Source: Chrysemys picta bellii (taxonomy: Eukaryota). Taken from it: a stretch of DNA of 64,000 bases. The stretch covers positions 11,656,001 to 11,720,000 of the forward strand of contig NC_088803.1 in the NCBI RefSeq assembly GCF_011386835.1, read 5' to 3'. Under the pieces are notes generated by a model, which had not been told where the DNA came from, made no database searches, and saw only the letters and a program-made list of their open reading frames with translations. Below are positions 48,880-60,156 of this stretch, in pieces (position 1 is the stretch's first letter; every line of letters starts with the position of its first letter). The translations under genes and the position numbers were made by a program.

Positions 48880-49080
48880 GAGTCCTGTGGCACCTTTAAG
48901 ACTAACAGATGTATTGGAGCATAAGCTTTCGTGGATGAATGCCCACTTATGTGCATCCGACGAAGTGGGCATTCATCCCCGAAAGCTTATGCTCCAATAC
49001 ATCTGTTAGTCTTAAAGGTGCAACAGGACTCTCTGTTGCTTTTTACAGATCCAGACTACCACGGCTACCCCTCTGATACT
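48880..49080 (+). mobile_element. Penelope-like fold-back insertion with hammerhead
   Basis: 13-bp TSD taatatttactga (48867, 49081); 69-bp inverted arms 48880-48948 / 48963-49031; empty sites at ~38040 and ~63447. Confidence 0.88.
48953..48992 (+). ncRNA. Minimal hammerhead ribozyme motif (U4C; one stem II mismatch)
   Basis: GCAU CCGACGA A GUGGG cauuca UCCCC GAAA GCUU AUGC; the inverted arm preserves the ancestral UCCAC. Confidence 0.65.
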
Positions 49081-49823
49081 TAATATTTACTGACTTTTAT
49101 TGATAAAACTGCAATTCTTCCAAGCCTACTTATAAGTCAATCCAGACTATATTGGCACAGTCAATGGACATGTATTTACAATGTTATATGGGGTATGTCT
49201 ACATTGCAAAAAAACTCCCGTTAGCGACGAGTCTCAGTGCCTAAGTCAATAGATTTGGGCTCATGCGACTGGGCTAAGAGTAGCAGTGTAGACAATCCCG
49301 GTTGGGCTGGAGGACCAGATTTAAAACCTGGTGAAGTGAAAGGATCTCAGAGCCCGGCTCCAGCCTGAATGGGAATGTCTGCACTGCTATTTTCAGCCCC
49401 TGAGCCCCGTGAGCTCAAGTCAGTTAACTGAATCTTTGAAGCTTGCTGCCGTGGGACATTTTCCCCCCAGTATAGAGATACTTATGGTGTCCAAAACAGC
49501 CAATGCTGTTTTTGGTGGGATAAACAAAAGAAAAAGGTGGTGGTGCTGGGAGTCTGATTCTATCTGATTCCATGGGTCACCTGGAACAGTGCACTCAGTG
49601 CTAGGCATCAAACAGAAAGATAATGATAAATGAAGGCAGAAGTGGGGAGGAACAGAGTTTTTATAGTTTGGAGGAGATTAACTGTGAGGAAAGCTTATTC
49701 TGTCATCCATCCATCCATCCATCCATCCATCTACCCATCCCTATAAGCAGCTATCTATATAACAATTCACCCATCTTCATAAGTATATACCTATAAAACA
49801 ACAGCAATTCATCCATTTCCATC

Positions 49824-49825
<2 letters not shown>

Positions 49826-49887
<62 letters not shown>
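49826..49887 (+). repeat. (TATC)~15 microsatellite, with a (CCAT)n run at ~49705-49735
   Basis: Perfect tetranucleotide run. Confidence 0.95.
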
Positions 49888-50085
49888 ATCTGCTTTGACT
49901 TTTACATAAGTCAACACCATCTTCCTGAATCAGACAGCACTGGACACCAACATGTATCATGGTAAATTATCCCACGAAAAGAAAATTGATAGAAAGACAG
50001 ATATGGATGTCAGTGGAGAAATAAATTCAAAATTTACATTGTCTGGTGCAGAAATCAGAATCATGTTCAGTTACATGATAAGAAG

Positions 50086-50573
50086 CTTACCTGCCGGAAT
50101 CCTGAGTTGAAACACCAGGTATTCTTTCAAATACTCTAAAACCGAATAATAAAAATATGACACTGAAATACATGCATTCCTATATCTCCTTGCCCCCTAA
50201 GTCTGCGACCAAAGAATTACTGATTACTAGTAACATTTTTGGCTGGGAAAGGGAGACTGACTCATAATGCAGCGGCTTAGAATTGGTTAATAATGTTGAT
50301 TATAGTTCACTTGTGTCTCAATGAAAGCAAGCAATTCCCACCCTACCAGTGCTCTGGAGTCACCACCAGGTACGATGGAAATATATTAAGACAAGATCTC
50401 CTTTTGATATGGTGGGTACCCAAGTCGGACCTTCTTAGCAATGAGCAACTGGTGCCTTGCTAAGGAGATTTATCCAGGTGATTTCTCTGACGTGTACCCA
50501 GGGTTATTATTCCCTGGAGGCCTGCTGAGCTCAGGAACAAAGACAAAGGAGGAATCTGCCTTGTAATCAATTA
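50086..50573 (-). promoter_or_regulatory. Candidate promoter / 5' exon region of the OR14-like gene at 48004
   Basis: TAATCAATTA 50564, TCCCTGGAG 50511, minus-strand donor CAG|GTAAG at 50090. Confidence 0.45.
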
Positions 50574-51093
50574 TAAAAACAATTCGATAACTAGGGCTGG
50601 TACCAAAAAAATTCAAATTAAACCTTTTCTTGTTGTAAAAAGAGACAGCATTGCCAGTGCCAAATGTTCAAAAATGTCTCCTCCCAAAAGTAATGACATT
50701 AACCTATCTATCTATCTATCTATCTATTCCAAGGCCAGAAGGGAACATTGTGATCACAGGTCACAGAATGTAAGTGATCTATTCCCTTTCTCTGGGACAG
50801 CTTTGTCGCAGATGGGGTCAATGGTAAAACTCTCTTTGATTTGAATGTGAATTAGATTGGGCTCTCAGTTACCTATACTCAATATAGGTAGGCCTGTGTT
50901 ATATGGGAGGTGTGTCTACTTAATGTAATGGATCCTTTCTGCTTTAAAATCTACAAATCTATGAACAACCAGTGCAGAGGCTTCCCCACAATACAGCATG
51001 ATGGCCGCTGAGAGTGTACTGAGTGAGATAACAGCAGCATCACTCTCTAATGCTGTAGGTAGCAGCTGTGGTTAGACATTAATACATGTTGGG

Positions 51094-51297
51094 GGGAGGG
51101 ATAGCTCAGTGGTTTGAGCACTGGCCTGCTAAACCCAGGGTTGTGAGTTCAATCCTTGAGGGGGCCACTTAGGGATCTGGGGCAAAATCAGTACTTGGTC
51201 CTGCTAGTGAAGGCAGGGGGCTGGACTCGATGACCTTTCAAGGTCCCTTCCAGTTCTAGGAGATGGGATATCTCCATTATTTATTTTTTTTTTTTTT
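51094..51297 (+). mobile_element. Tortoise Pol III/SINE (tRNA-Lys-like head, CR1-like tail)
   Basis: gggagggatagctcagtggtttgagca...gagttcaatcc (A and B boxes); CR1-like ctggactcgatgacc...ggtcccttccagttcta; T-rich end; absent at paralog ~42205. Confidence 0.9.
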
Positions 51298-51359
51298 GGC
51301 CGAGTGTGAGTGTTTGGCTGCGTGTGAGGGTCACCAATCTGATTAGATGTTTGGCTGTG

Positions 51360-51952
51360 TGTGTGTTTCCTTTGTGTGACCCCTCCCCCCCCCCCCGCAG
51401 CCCTGCGCAAACAACTGGCACATCAGACCTCAAGCAAATGACCAAATAACCACAAGATCCATTAAGGGACAAAGGCAACTAGCCAGGTTTGTTGTCAACA
51501 AACCATGGTACTAGTATTCTGTAGACTCTACTGGACCACTAATACATGTATACTCATAACAGTGGACCAGCTCAGTGAACGGTGGGACTTTCCATTCCTC
51601 CCTAAGGCCCTATACAAACTAGTTAGTATTGCCCCTCTGACATAGTTACTTTAATTACTGCTTCCTAACATGACTAGTTTTTATTCATTATCTTGTATAT
51701 GTTGATTTAATTAAAACGTTTTTATTACGTACTGTTATCCTTACCTTAGCTTTTGGGGGTGGGGGGTGTCAGTGTGTTTCTGTTATCCTTGGGGAATGTT
51801 TTTGTACCATCATTAATATTGAAATGTTCTGGTACCACTTAATATCAAAATGTGTTTGCATAAGTACTCTGTGATTAGCACTTCTTAGGAATGTATATTT
51901 CTGCAATATTAGCCCTGTTCTTGCCAGATTCTGTGAGCACCTCTTATACAAG
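51360..51952 (-). mobile_element. LTR-like element predating the duplication (paralog ~42304-42890)
   Basis: tgtgac...ttataca termini, minus-strand aataaa-like motif; TSD not resolved. Confidence 0.4.
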
Positions 51953-53516
51953 GGTTTATGTCTCAGGCTCTTTTGCTACTACAGGAGCCAATGGAAGAAA
52001 TTAAGCTCAGTGATGAGCAACATTATCTCCATGGAGGTCCACTTCTGGAGGTCATTTAATTGTGGTGTGCAACTGCTGTCTGGGAACGTGCAATCTCCAT
52101 GCACACACTACAGTAACCAGGGACAGCCGCCTGTGAGCCTGGTGCCAGGGCGCCATGCTGGGTGCAGTACAGCCACACCGGAGGAGGTTCCTGGGCTTTG
52201 TGCTGGATCCTGCGAACGGAGGACCGACATGCTACTGCTTTGGCCGCTGCAGTTTCTGGTCCGGTTGCTGGCCATGACCCTGCTGGTCTTGCTCATTGTC
52301 GCTAGAGCCCTGCAGATGTGCAGAGGTCTACTTTATATCTGTGGATATCCGCACCTACAGATATAAATTTTGTATCTGTGCACAGCTCTAAGTGCAGATC
52401 ATCTGAAATCAATGGACCAGATCCCCAGCTTTGGTAAAGCAATTTAGATCCTCTGAAATCAATGGCGAGTTCCCCAGATCCCCAGTATAGTCCCATTGAA
52501 GTGAGGCCAGCATTATAAAATTGATTTTGGAGATTTAAGGAATTTGAGAACATGGCCCATTCTGATGACACAAATCCCAAATGAACGATGGCTGAGACAT
52601 GGCTAAGAATCTTACAGAACTTTCTTCATTAGAAGGTGAAGTAGAGAGAACTGCATCACACAGTACAAGATAAAGGGTGTATGAGACGCCACGGTGTGCA
52701 GTGATCAGGAATACATTTCTCAGTGGCCTATCCTTATCAGAGACCAGGCGGCAGTACAGAGCATGGCGAGGGCAGTGTCTCCATCCAAATGTAGGGATGC
52801 TGAGGCAACCGCAGTGCACTGCCAAATGTACAGCACCTACCCCAGGGTGGGAAATGTCCAAGTAAAGTGTACGACAGCTGCTTGGGAGATGACAAAGGTA
52901 ACTACAGACAGGAAGGAGGTGAGACTTCTTCCCACAGTTTCTGACTTTCTGATGTCCTGCGGAAAGGTAAAGGACCTCGAGCTGGGCGGGTGAGGAAATC
53001 TGCTCTCCTTGGCTGAGTGTGTAGGGAACAACAGGCCACCCCAGTGGAGTGGGGAATCAATATCCCTCTCGCTTCCCCCGGAAAAACTGAGTATAAGCCA
53101 TCAGAGTTTGTGGGACCTGACTGCCGGGGAGGTGGGGCAGAGAGAGGAATTTAGCCAATGGGGAGGTTTGAATAATCTCCTTTGCTAGACCCCTCTGTTG
53201 TTACAAGCAGTGCATGGTGGAGAGCTGCTTCACAGGGAAGCATCCCTGCCTTATTTCTGCTTTTGGTTGAAAAAATTGCTCTCTGTAATATTTCCACGGC
53301 AGGGAAACGTTCAACCCATTGTGGGGCAGTGTCATAACTATAAAAGGAAGGGTAACAGCTCTCCTGTGTACAGTATTATAAAATCCCTCCTAGCCAGAGA
53401 CTCCAAAATCCTTTAACCTGGCTGACACCTGACCCAAAAGACCAATAAGGGGACAAGATACTTTCAAATCTTGGGGGGGGGGAAGGCTTTTGTTTGTGCT
53501 CTTTGTTTTGGGATGT

Positions 53517-53702
53517 TTCAGAGTAGCAGCCGTGTTAGTCTGTATCCGCAAAAAGAACAGGAGTACTTGTGGCACCTTAGAGACTAACAAATTTATTAGA
53601 GCATAAGCTTTCGTGGACTACAGCCCACTTCTTCGGATGCATATAGAATGGAACATATATTGAGGAGATATATATACACACATACAGAGAGCATGAACAG
53701 GT
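53517..53702 (-). mobile_element. Penelope-like insertion nested in the Gypsy 5' LTR
   Basis: Near-identical to 16843-16970; flanked by tgggatgt / tgggagt. Confidence 0.8.
53601..53640 (-). ncRNA. Minimal hammerhead ribozyme motif (U4C variant)
   Basis: GCAU CCGAAGA A GUGGGC ugua GUCCAC GAAA GCUU AUGC. Confidence 0.72.
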
Positions 53703-54317
53703 GGGAGTCGTTCGCTCTTGGGACTGAGAGGGACCAGACATCAATCCAGGTTCTCCACATCTTTCTAAACAAGTCTCTCATATTTCAAACTTGTAAGTAA
53801 ACAGCCAGGCAAGGCGTGTTAGTTTTCCTTTGTTTTCTCAACTTGTAAATGTACCTTTTACTAGAGTGTTTATCTCTGTTTGCTGTACTTTGAACCTGAG
53901 GCTAGAGGGGGGGGTCCTCTGAGCTCTTTAAATTTGATTACCCTGTAAAGTTATTTTCCATACTGATTTTACAGAGATGATTTTTACCTTTTTTCTTTAA
54001 TTAAAAGTCTTCTTTTTAAGAACCTGATAGATTTTTTCCTTGTTTTTAGATCCAAGGGGGTTGGAACTGTATTCACCAGGAGTTAGTGGAAGGAAGGAGG
54101 GGGGATGGTTCATTTCTCCCTGCTTTAAGATCCAAGGGGTTTGGATCTGTATTCTCCAGGGAATTGGTGAAGAGTTTCTCAAGGCTTCCCAGGGAAGGGA
54201 ATCCACTTGGGAATGGTGGCAGCGGACCAGATCTAAGCTGGTAGTTAAGCTTAGAAGTTTTCATGCAGGCCCCCACATTTGTACCCTAAAGTTCAGAGTG
54301 GGGAAGCAGCCTTGACA

Positions 54318-54339
54318 TGGTGGCAGAGCGGTGGGATTC
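54318..54339 (+). promoter_or_regulatory. PBS for tRNA-Leu(AAG/UAG) with a 2-nt insertion
   Basis: TGGTGGCAG[AG]CGGTGGGATTC vs expected TGGTGGCAGCGGTGGGATTC (tRNA sequence from memory). Confidence 0.7.
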
Positions 54340-54667
54340 ATTTTAAACCCAAAAGCCAGTAAGATTTTTTTTCCTTCTAGCTGCTTGGAAAGCAGAGCTG
54401 AAGGTAGATGCATATCTTATCTCTCCTTGCCTGAAGGCAGAGGTGTTAAGTTTTTTTTAACAAGGGTCTTTGTTAAAGAGAAGGGTTCAATCAATGAGCA
54501 AACAGTTGGTAAAAGGAATTTACAAGCTGAATTGTTTTTTTTTCTTTCTACCTCCTCAGGAGTAGCTAGTTAGAAAGTCTCTGTTAACTCAGCAGCAGCC
54601 TGAGCTGAGTGCATCCCAGTTTCAGTCAACTGCAGAGGCGTGTGACCCAGCACAAAAAAACAGGAAA

Positions 54668-55573
54668 ATGACTACCAAAGAAGAAAAAGCCAAAGAGGAG
54701 GCCCACAAGAGAGCTATGGAGCTGAAAGAAAAAGAGATGGAGGAGAGAGAAAAAGAGAGGAAGCATGAGCTGGAAGTAGCAAGGGCTAGGCCGGATACAT
54801 CAGCCAATCCTAGCAACCCCTCTCCAGGTACCCATTTCCATCCCAGAAAATTTGCCACCTACAAGGCAGGCGATGATACTGAGGCCTTTTTAGAAAATTT
54901 TGAAAGGGCCTTCCTTGGATACAGCATCACTGCAGACCAGTACATGGTAGAGCTGAAGCCGAAGCTCAGTGGACCCTTAGCAGAGGTGGCGGCTGAAATG
55001 CCTAAGGAACACATGAACAGTTATGAACTTTTTAAAAACAAGGCCAGACTCAGAATGGGGCTAACACCCGAGCATGCCCATCGGCGGTTCAGAGCCCTAA
55101 GGTGGAAACCCGATGTGTCATTTACCCGACATGCCTACCACATTGGGAAAAATTGGGATGCCTGGATATCAGGAGCAAATGTTAAATCTACGGAAGAGTT
55201 GCCCTTCTTAATGCAACTGGAGCACTTTTTAGAGGGTGTTCCTGAGGAAATAGAAAGGTACATCCTAGATGGGAAGCCCAAAACTGTAACCGAGGCGGGG
55301 GAGATTGGAGCCAAATGGGTGGAGGTGGCAGAAAAGAAAAAAACTAGTAGCAGTTGGAGTGAATATCAGAAGGGGCAACCCGAAACCAAACCTTACCACC
55401 GGGGACAACCCAAGGCCCCACCCACATCCCAAGGGAAACCCCAGACGCCTTCTCACCCGACCACACCAGTCTCCACCAGCCAACATCGCCCCGGTGATAC
55501 CTTAGCAGGGCGATGTTTTAAATGTAATGAACTGGGACATATAAAGGCTCACTGCCCCAAGAACCCCAACTGA
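54668..55573 (+). pseudogene. Gypsy Gag with SCAN-like capsid segment and CCHC knuckle; premature TGA
   Basis: GLTPEHAHRRFR...LEHFLEGVPEEI...PKTVTEA; CFKCNELGHIKAHC; same frame as the downstream PR and IN. Confidence 0.85.
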
Positions 55574-55636
55574 TTACAGTTCATTACACCTCAATCACAC
55601 CAAAGATCCCCAGACCCAGATGCCTCTCTCATACCT

Positions 55637-56500
55637 TTGGAGCGAAGGGAAACCTTGAGAGTGGGTGGAAAGAAGGTTATCGCTTGGAGGGACACTGGGG
55701 CACAAGTGTCAACTATCCACCAATCCCTAGTGGACCCCAAACTCATCAACCTGGAGGCTCCAGTGACAATTCAATCCTTCGTGTCACAGTCTGTAACCTT
55801 GCCTACAGCCAAGTTGCATGTCCAGTACAAGGGCTGGTCAGGAATGTGGACTTTTGCAATCTATGACAATTATCCCATCCCCATGCTGCTGGGGGAAGAC
55901 TTGGCCAACCATGTGAAGCTAGCCAAGAGGGTGGGAATAGTCACCCGCAGCCAGACCAAGCAAGCTTGCACCCCCATCCCTGTTCCTGAGCTGTCCACCA
56001 GGGCCCCGTCTGTGTTACCAGAGACCCAGACAAAGGTGGTGGAACCGGATCCCCTGCCAATGACTGCAACAGCCGTAGTGGATCCAATCCCAGAGACCCA
56101 GCCAAAGCCAGTCCCAGAACCGGAACTGGCAACGCAACCAGCACCAGAACCATTGCCAGCACTGAGTCCAGCGCTTGCAAACCCGTCTACAACTCCAATG
56201 CCAGAGGGCACCAGCGAGCCTGAACTGGCGGAAGCAGCAGATAACCCTACCCAAGAGGCTCAGCCAGAGCCTGAGATACCACATAGTGCACCAGTGGACA
56301 GCGGTTCACAGTCATTGGAAACAGCCCCAGCACCTGCATCGCTTCCAGAGGGGCCACGCCCCAGTCCACAGTCCAAGGAGGAACTGATGTCTCCAGCATC
56401 AAGGGAACAGTTCCAGGCCGAGCAGGAAGCAGATGACAGCCTTCAGAAAGCTTGGGCGGCGGCACAGAGCAACCCACCGCCTCTCAGCTCTTCTAACTGA
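55637..56500 (+). pseudogene. Gypsy aspartic protease plus Pro/Glu-rich linker
   Basis: AWRDTGAQVS, MLLGED; ends at an in-frame TGA. Confidence 0.8.
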
Positions 56501-56584
56501 TCCCGGTTTCTTGTAGAAAAATGACTTTTATACAAGGAGACTCTTTCTGGTGGGCACCAGGAAGACTGGCATCCTCAAAGACAG

Positions 56585-57397
56585 TTGGTAGTTCCCACTA
56601 AGTATTGGGTAAAGCTCTTGAGCTTAGCCCATGATCATCCCAGTGTCCATTCTGGGGTGAACAGAACCAAAGACCGGTTTGGGAAGTCCTTCCACTGGGA
56701 GGGAATGGGCAAGGACGTTGCTAATTATGTCCGGTCTTGTGAGGTGTGCCAACAAGTGGGAAAGCCCCAAGACCAGGTTAAAGCCCCTCTCCAGCCACTA
56801 CCCATAATTGAAGTCCCATTTCAGCGAGTAGCTGTGGATATTCTGGGTCCTTTCCCAAAGAAGACACCCAGAGGAAAGCAGTACATACTGACTTTCATGG
56901 ATTTTGCTACCCAATGGCCGGAAGCAGTACCCTTAAGCAACACCAGGGCTAAAAGTGTGTGCCAGGCATTAGCAGACATTTTTGCCAGGGTAGGTTGTCC
57001 CTCCGACATCCTTACAGATTTGGGAACTAATTTCCTGGCAGGGAACATGAAAAACCTGCGGGAAGCTCATGGGGTGAATCACTTGGTTGCCACTCCTTAT
57101 CACCATCAAACCAATGGCCTGGTGGAGAGGTTTAATGGAACTTTGGGGGCCATGATACGTAAATTCGTAAATGAACACTCCAATGATTGGGAACTAGTGT
57201 TGCAGCAGTTGCTTTTTTCCTACAGGGCTGTACCACATCCCAGTTTAGGGTTTTCACCATTTGAACTTTTGTATGGCCACGAGGTTAAGGGGCCATTACA
57301 GTTGGTGAAGCAGCAATGGGAGGGGTTTACGCCTTCTCCGGGAACTAACATTCTAGACTTTGTAGGCAACTACAAAGCACCCTCCTACACTCTTTAG
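56585..57397 (+). pseudogene. Gypsy integrase (zinc-binding and DDE core), frameshifted near 57370
   Basis: AHDHPSVHSG...CEVC; VAVDILGP, ILTDLGTNF, GLVERFNGTL. Confidence 0.9.
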
Positions 57398-57495
57398 CCC
57401 TTGCTAAAGAAAACCTAAAGGATGCTCAGGAAGAGCAAAAGGCCTGGTATGATAAACATTCCAGAGAAAGGTCCTTCAAAGTAGGAGACCAAGTC

Positions 57496-58380
57496 ATGGT
57501 CTTAAAGGCGCTCCAGGCCCATAAAATGGAAGCGTCCTGGGAAGGACCATTCACGGTCCAGGAGCGCCTAGGTGCTGTTTACTATCTCATAGCCTCCCCC
57601 ACCTCCAACATAAAGCCTAAGGTATACCATGTTAATTCTCTTAAGCCCTTTTATTCCAGAGAATTAAATGTTTGCCAGTTTACAGCCCAGGAAACAGATG
57701 ACGCGGAGTGGCCTGAAGGTGTCTACTACGAAGGAAAAAAGGATGGTGGCGTGGAAGAGGTGAACCTCTCCACGACCCTTGGACGTCTGCAGCGACAGCA
57801 GATCAAGGAGCTGTGCACAAGCTTTGCACCAATTTTCTCAGCCACTCCAGGACGGACCGAATGGGCATACCACTCCATTGACACAGGTAATGCTCACCCA
57901 ATTAGAACCCCACCCTACCGGGAGTCGCCTCATGCCCAAACTGCTATACAAAGGGAGATCCAGGACATGCTACAGATGGGTATAATCCGCCCCTCTAATA
58001 GTGCATGGGCATCTCCAGTGGTTCTAGTTCCCCGTAAGCTAAATGCTGTAACTCGTCCTGACAACTATCCAATGCCACGCACAGATGAGCTATTGGAGAA
58101 ATTGGGACATGCCCAATTCATCTCTACTTTAGACTTAACCAAAGGGTACTGGCAAGTACCACTAGATGAACCCGCTAAGGAAAGGTCAGCCTTCGTCACC
58201 CAGGCAGGGGTGTATGAATTCAATGTACTCCCTTTCGGGTTGCGAAATGCACCCGCCACCTTCCAAAGACTTGTAGATGGTCTCCTAGCGGGATTGGGAG
58301 AATCTGCAGTTGCGTACCTCGATGATGTTGCCATTTTTTCTGATTCATGCACAGAACACCTGGAGCACCTGGAAAGAGTC
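57496..58380 (+). pseudogene. Integrase GPF module followed by N-terminal reverse transcriptase (internal deletion, truncated)
   Basis: SWEGPFTV; YPMPRTDELL, LDLTKGYWQV, LPFGLRNAPATFQR, AYLDD. The segment expected between VLVP and RKLN is missing. Confidence 0.88.
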
Positions 58381-59090
58381 CTTTGAAATTCGTAATACTT
58401 CCCAGGGTACACATCCCATCTGCTTCCTAGCTAGCATACATACAAATATAAGACAAACTTTGCATTCATTACAATGGACTCCAAAGTCTTTAAAACTTAA
58501 TCCAGTCAGTTTTTTTCCAGGGATAGTTCAGGTACTTGCCATTTCTGTCCCACACACCGATGTCTCTAAACACTGATTAGAGACACTTTACTGATTTGAC
58601 CATATAGTGAATACTCTCAGATTTGTGTTCTACTGTACATGAGTTTTCAAAATACACCCATCATCACAGTACCTTAGCACTGTCCTGTAGTGCATTAATG
58701 AGCATCTCTGCAGTTAAAAGAAATCCCACTGTTCCTTTATGAATATGAACCCCTGGAGTGGGGAGGGTGTTTCGGGTTTCCACTGGGGTACCACTGAGCC
58801 CACCTAATTTACCAGCTTGGGTTCATTTCAGACTGCATTTCTGATGAAAGTCTGCCAAGCCCTTCCTCAGGGTTCAGACTGCACTTTAGCAGCACACCTA
58901 CAGGTAGGGACACACCCAGCTGCAGCTATAAACACAGATGCTGAGATCAGCTCTGCATGAGAAGGCTCAGCTAAGGAACTGCCCAGTACTCAATTGCCCA
59001 CCCCCCTCTTGAGTCCAACCCCCAAATTATACCATTGTTTGCTTCACAGAGAACTATACAGCATAAACTCCTCCCTCAATGTAGAGAGAG

Positions 59091-59281
59091 ATCATAGAAT
59101 CATAGAATATCAGTGTTGGAAGGGACCTCAGGAGGTCATCTAGTCCAACAACCTGCTTAATGCAGGACCAATCCCCAACATTTTTTTTTTGCCCAAGATC
59201 CCTAAATGTCCCCCTCAAGGCTTGAAGTCACAACCCTGGGTTTAGCAGGCTAATGCTCAAACCACTGAGCTATCCCTCCCC
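59091..59281 (-). mobile_element. Tortoise Pol III/SINE with (tctatgat)n CR1 tail
   Basis: Reverse complement of gggagggatagctcagtggtttgagca head; tail ends ttctatgattctatgat. Confidence 0.9.
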
Positions 59282-60156
59282 ACAACAGCTTCTCCCCCCG
59301 CACCACTATTATGAATTCCACACACTTGGTTTTAGACAAAATAAAAACAAGTTTATTAACTACAAAAGATAGATTTTAAGTGATTATAAGGGATAGCAAA
59401 CAGATTCAAGCAGAATACCCAGCAAATACAACAAAACAATCGAAAATTAATATACTAAAGAAATTGGTTACAAGAAGCAAATTCTCACCCTAAATAATGT
59501 TTTAGGCCAATTGCGGAGATTCTTGAAGGCCAGGTGCACTTGACTGCAGCTTAAAATTTCAGATATTTCATTCATAGTCTAGACAAGCTTCTGGCCTGGA
59601 CTTAGTCCTTCTCCCCTCGGTTCAGTCTTTGTTTCTTAGATGTTTACAGCAGTCATCTTAGGAAGGGATTCCATGAAGAATGAACCACGATTATGTTATT
59701 ACCCTGACTTAAATACATTTTACATATGGTGGGAATCCTCTGTCTTCCAGTATGATTCCCACCCCACAGCCAGTGGAAAAATACTAATATGATGGATTTC
59801 ATTACCAGGTGACTTGGTCACTGGACCCGGTAGAGCCACCACAGCTGTGACTCAGAGGCTGTTTTCAGTATCCTCAGGAAGGCTTCTCAGTTGGTGATAA
59901 GCCATCTTTTAAGACCTATTGTTCTCCCTAATGGCCCTTATTGGTGCGACACTTAGACTGATTGCCTTCTACCTAGTGGGCATTCCTCAGATGTAAAGAC
60001 ATTTGTGATGGATGCATAGACAATATTCTTAACTTCAGATATAAAAATTATACATGCATACAAATAGGATAATCATATTCAGTAAATCATAACCTTTCCA
60101 AAGATATCTCACATGACCCATCTTGCATAAAACACATCTTAGATATGCCATAATTA

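Larger units (their letters stand above)
44290..53230 (-). repeat. OR14-like tandem duplication unit II
   Basis: 41073-44380 is collinear with 49910-53329; 48004-49700 is collinear with 37171-39525 and, in part, with 62531-63600. Confidence 0.85.
53330..58380 (+). mobile_element. Gmr1-type Ty3/Gypsy LTR retrotransposon, 3'-truncated, defective
   Basis: 5' LTR 53330-54317 (tgtcata...ttgaca), PBS, then gag-PR-IN-RT; inserted in unit III where unit II (44380-44400) is uninterrupted. Confidence 0.93.

Noticed and set aside
51094-51170. tRNA-like sequence (also 59205-59281)
   Set aside because: It is a SINE head: it runs into a CR1-like tail and lacks a proper acceptor stem, so it is not a tRNA gene.
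54622-58414. Multiple alternative-frame and antisense ORFs over the Gypsy element
   Set aside because: Shadows of the gag-pol frame.
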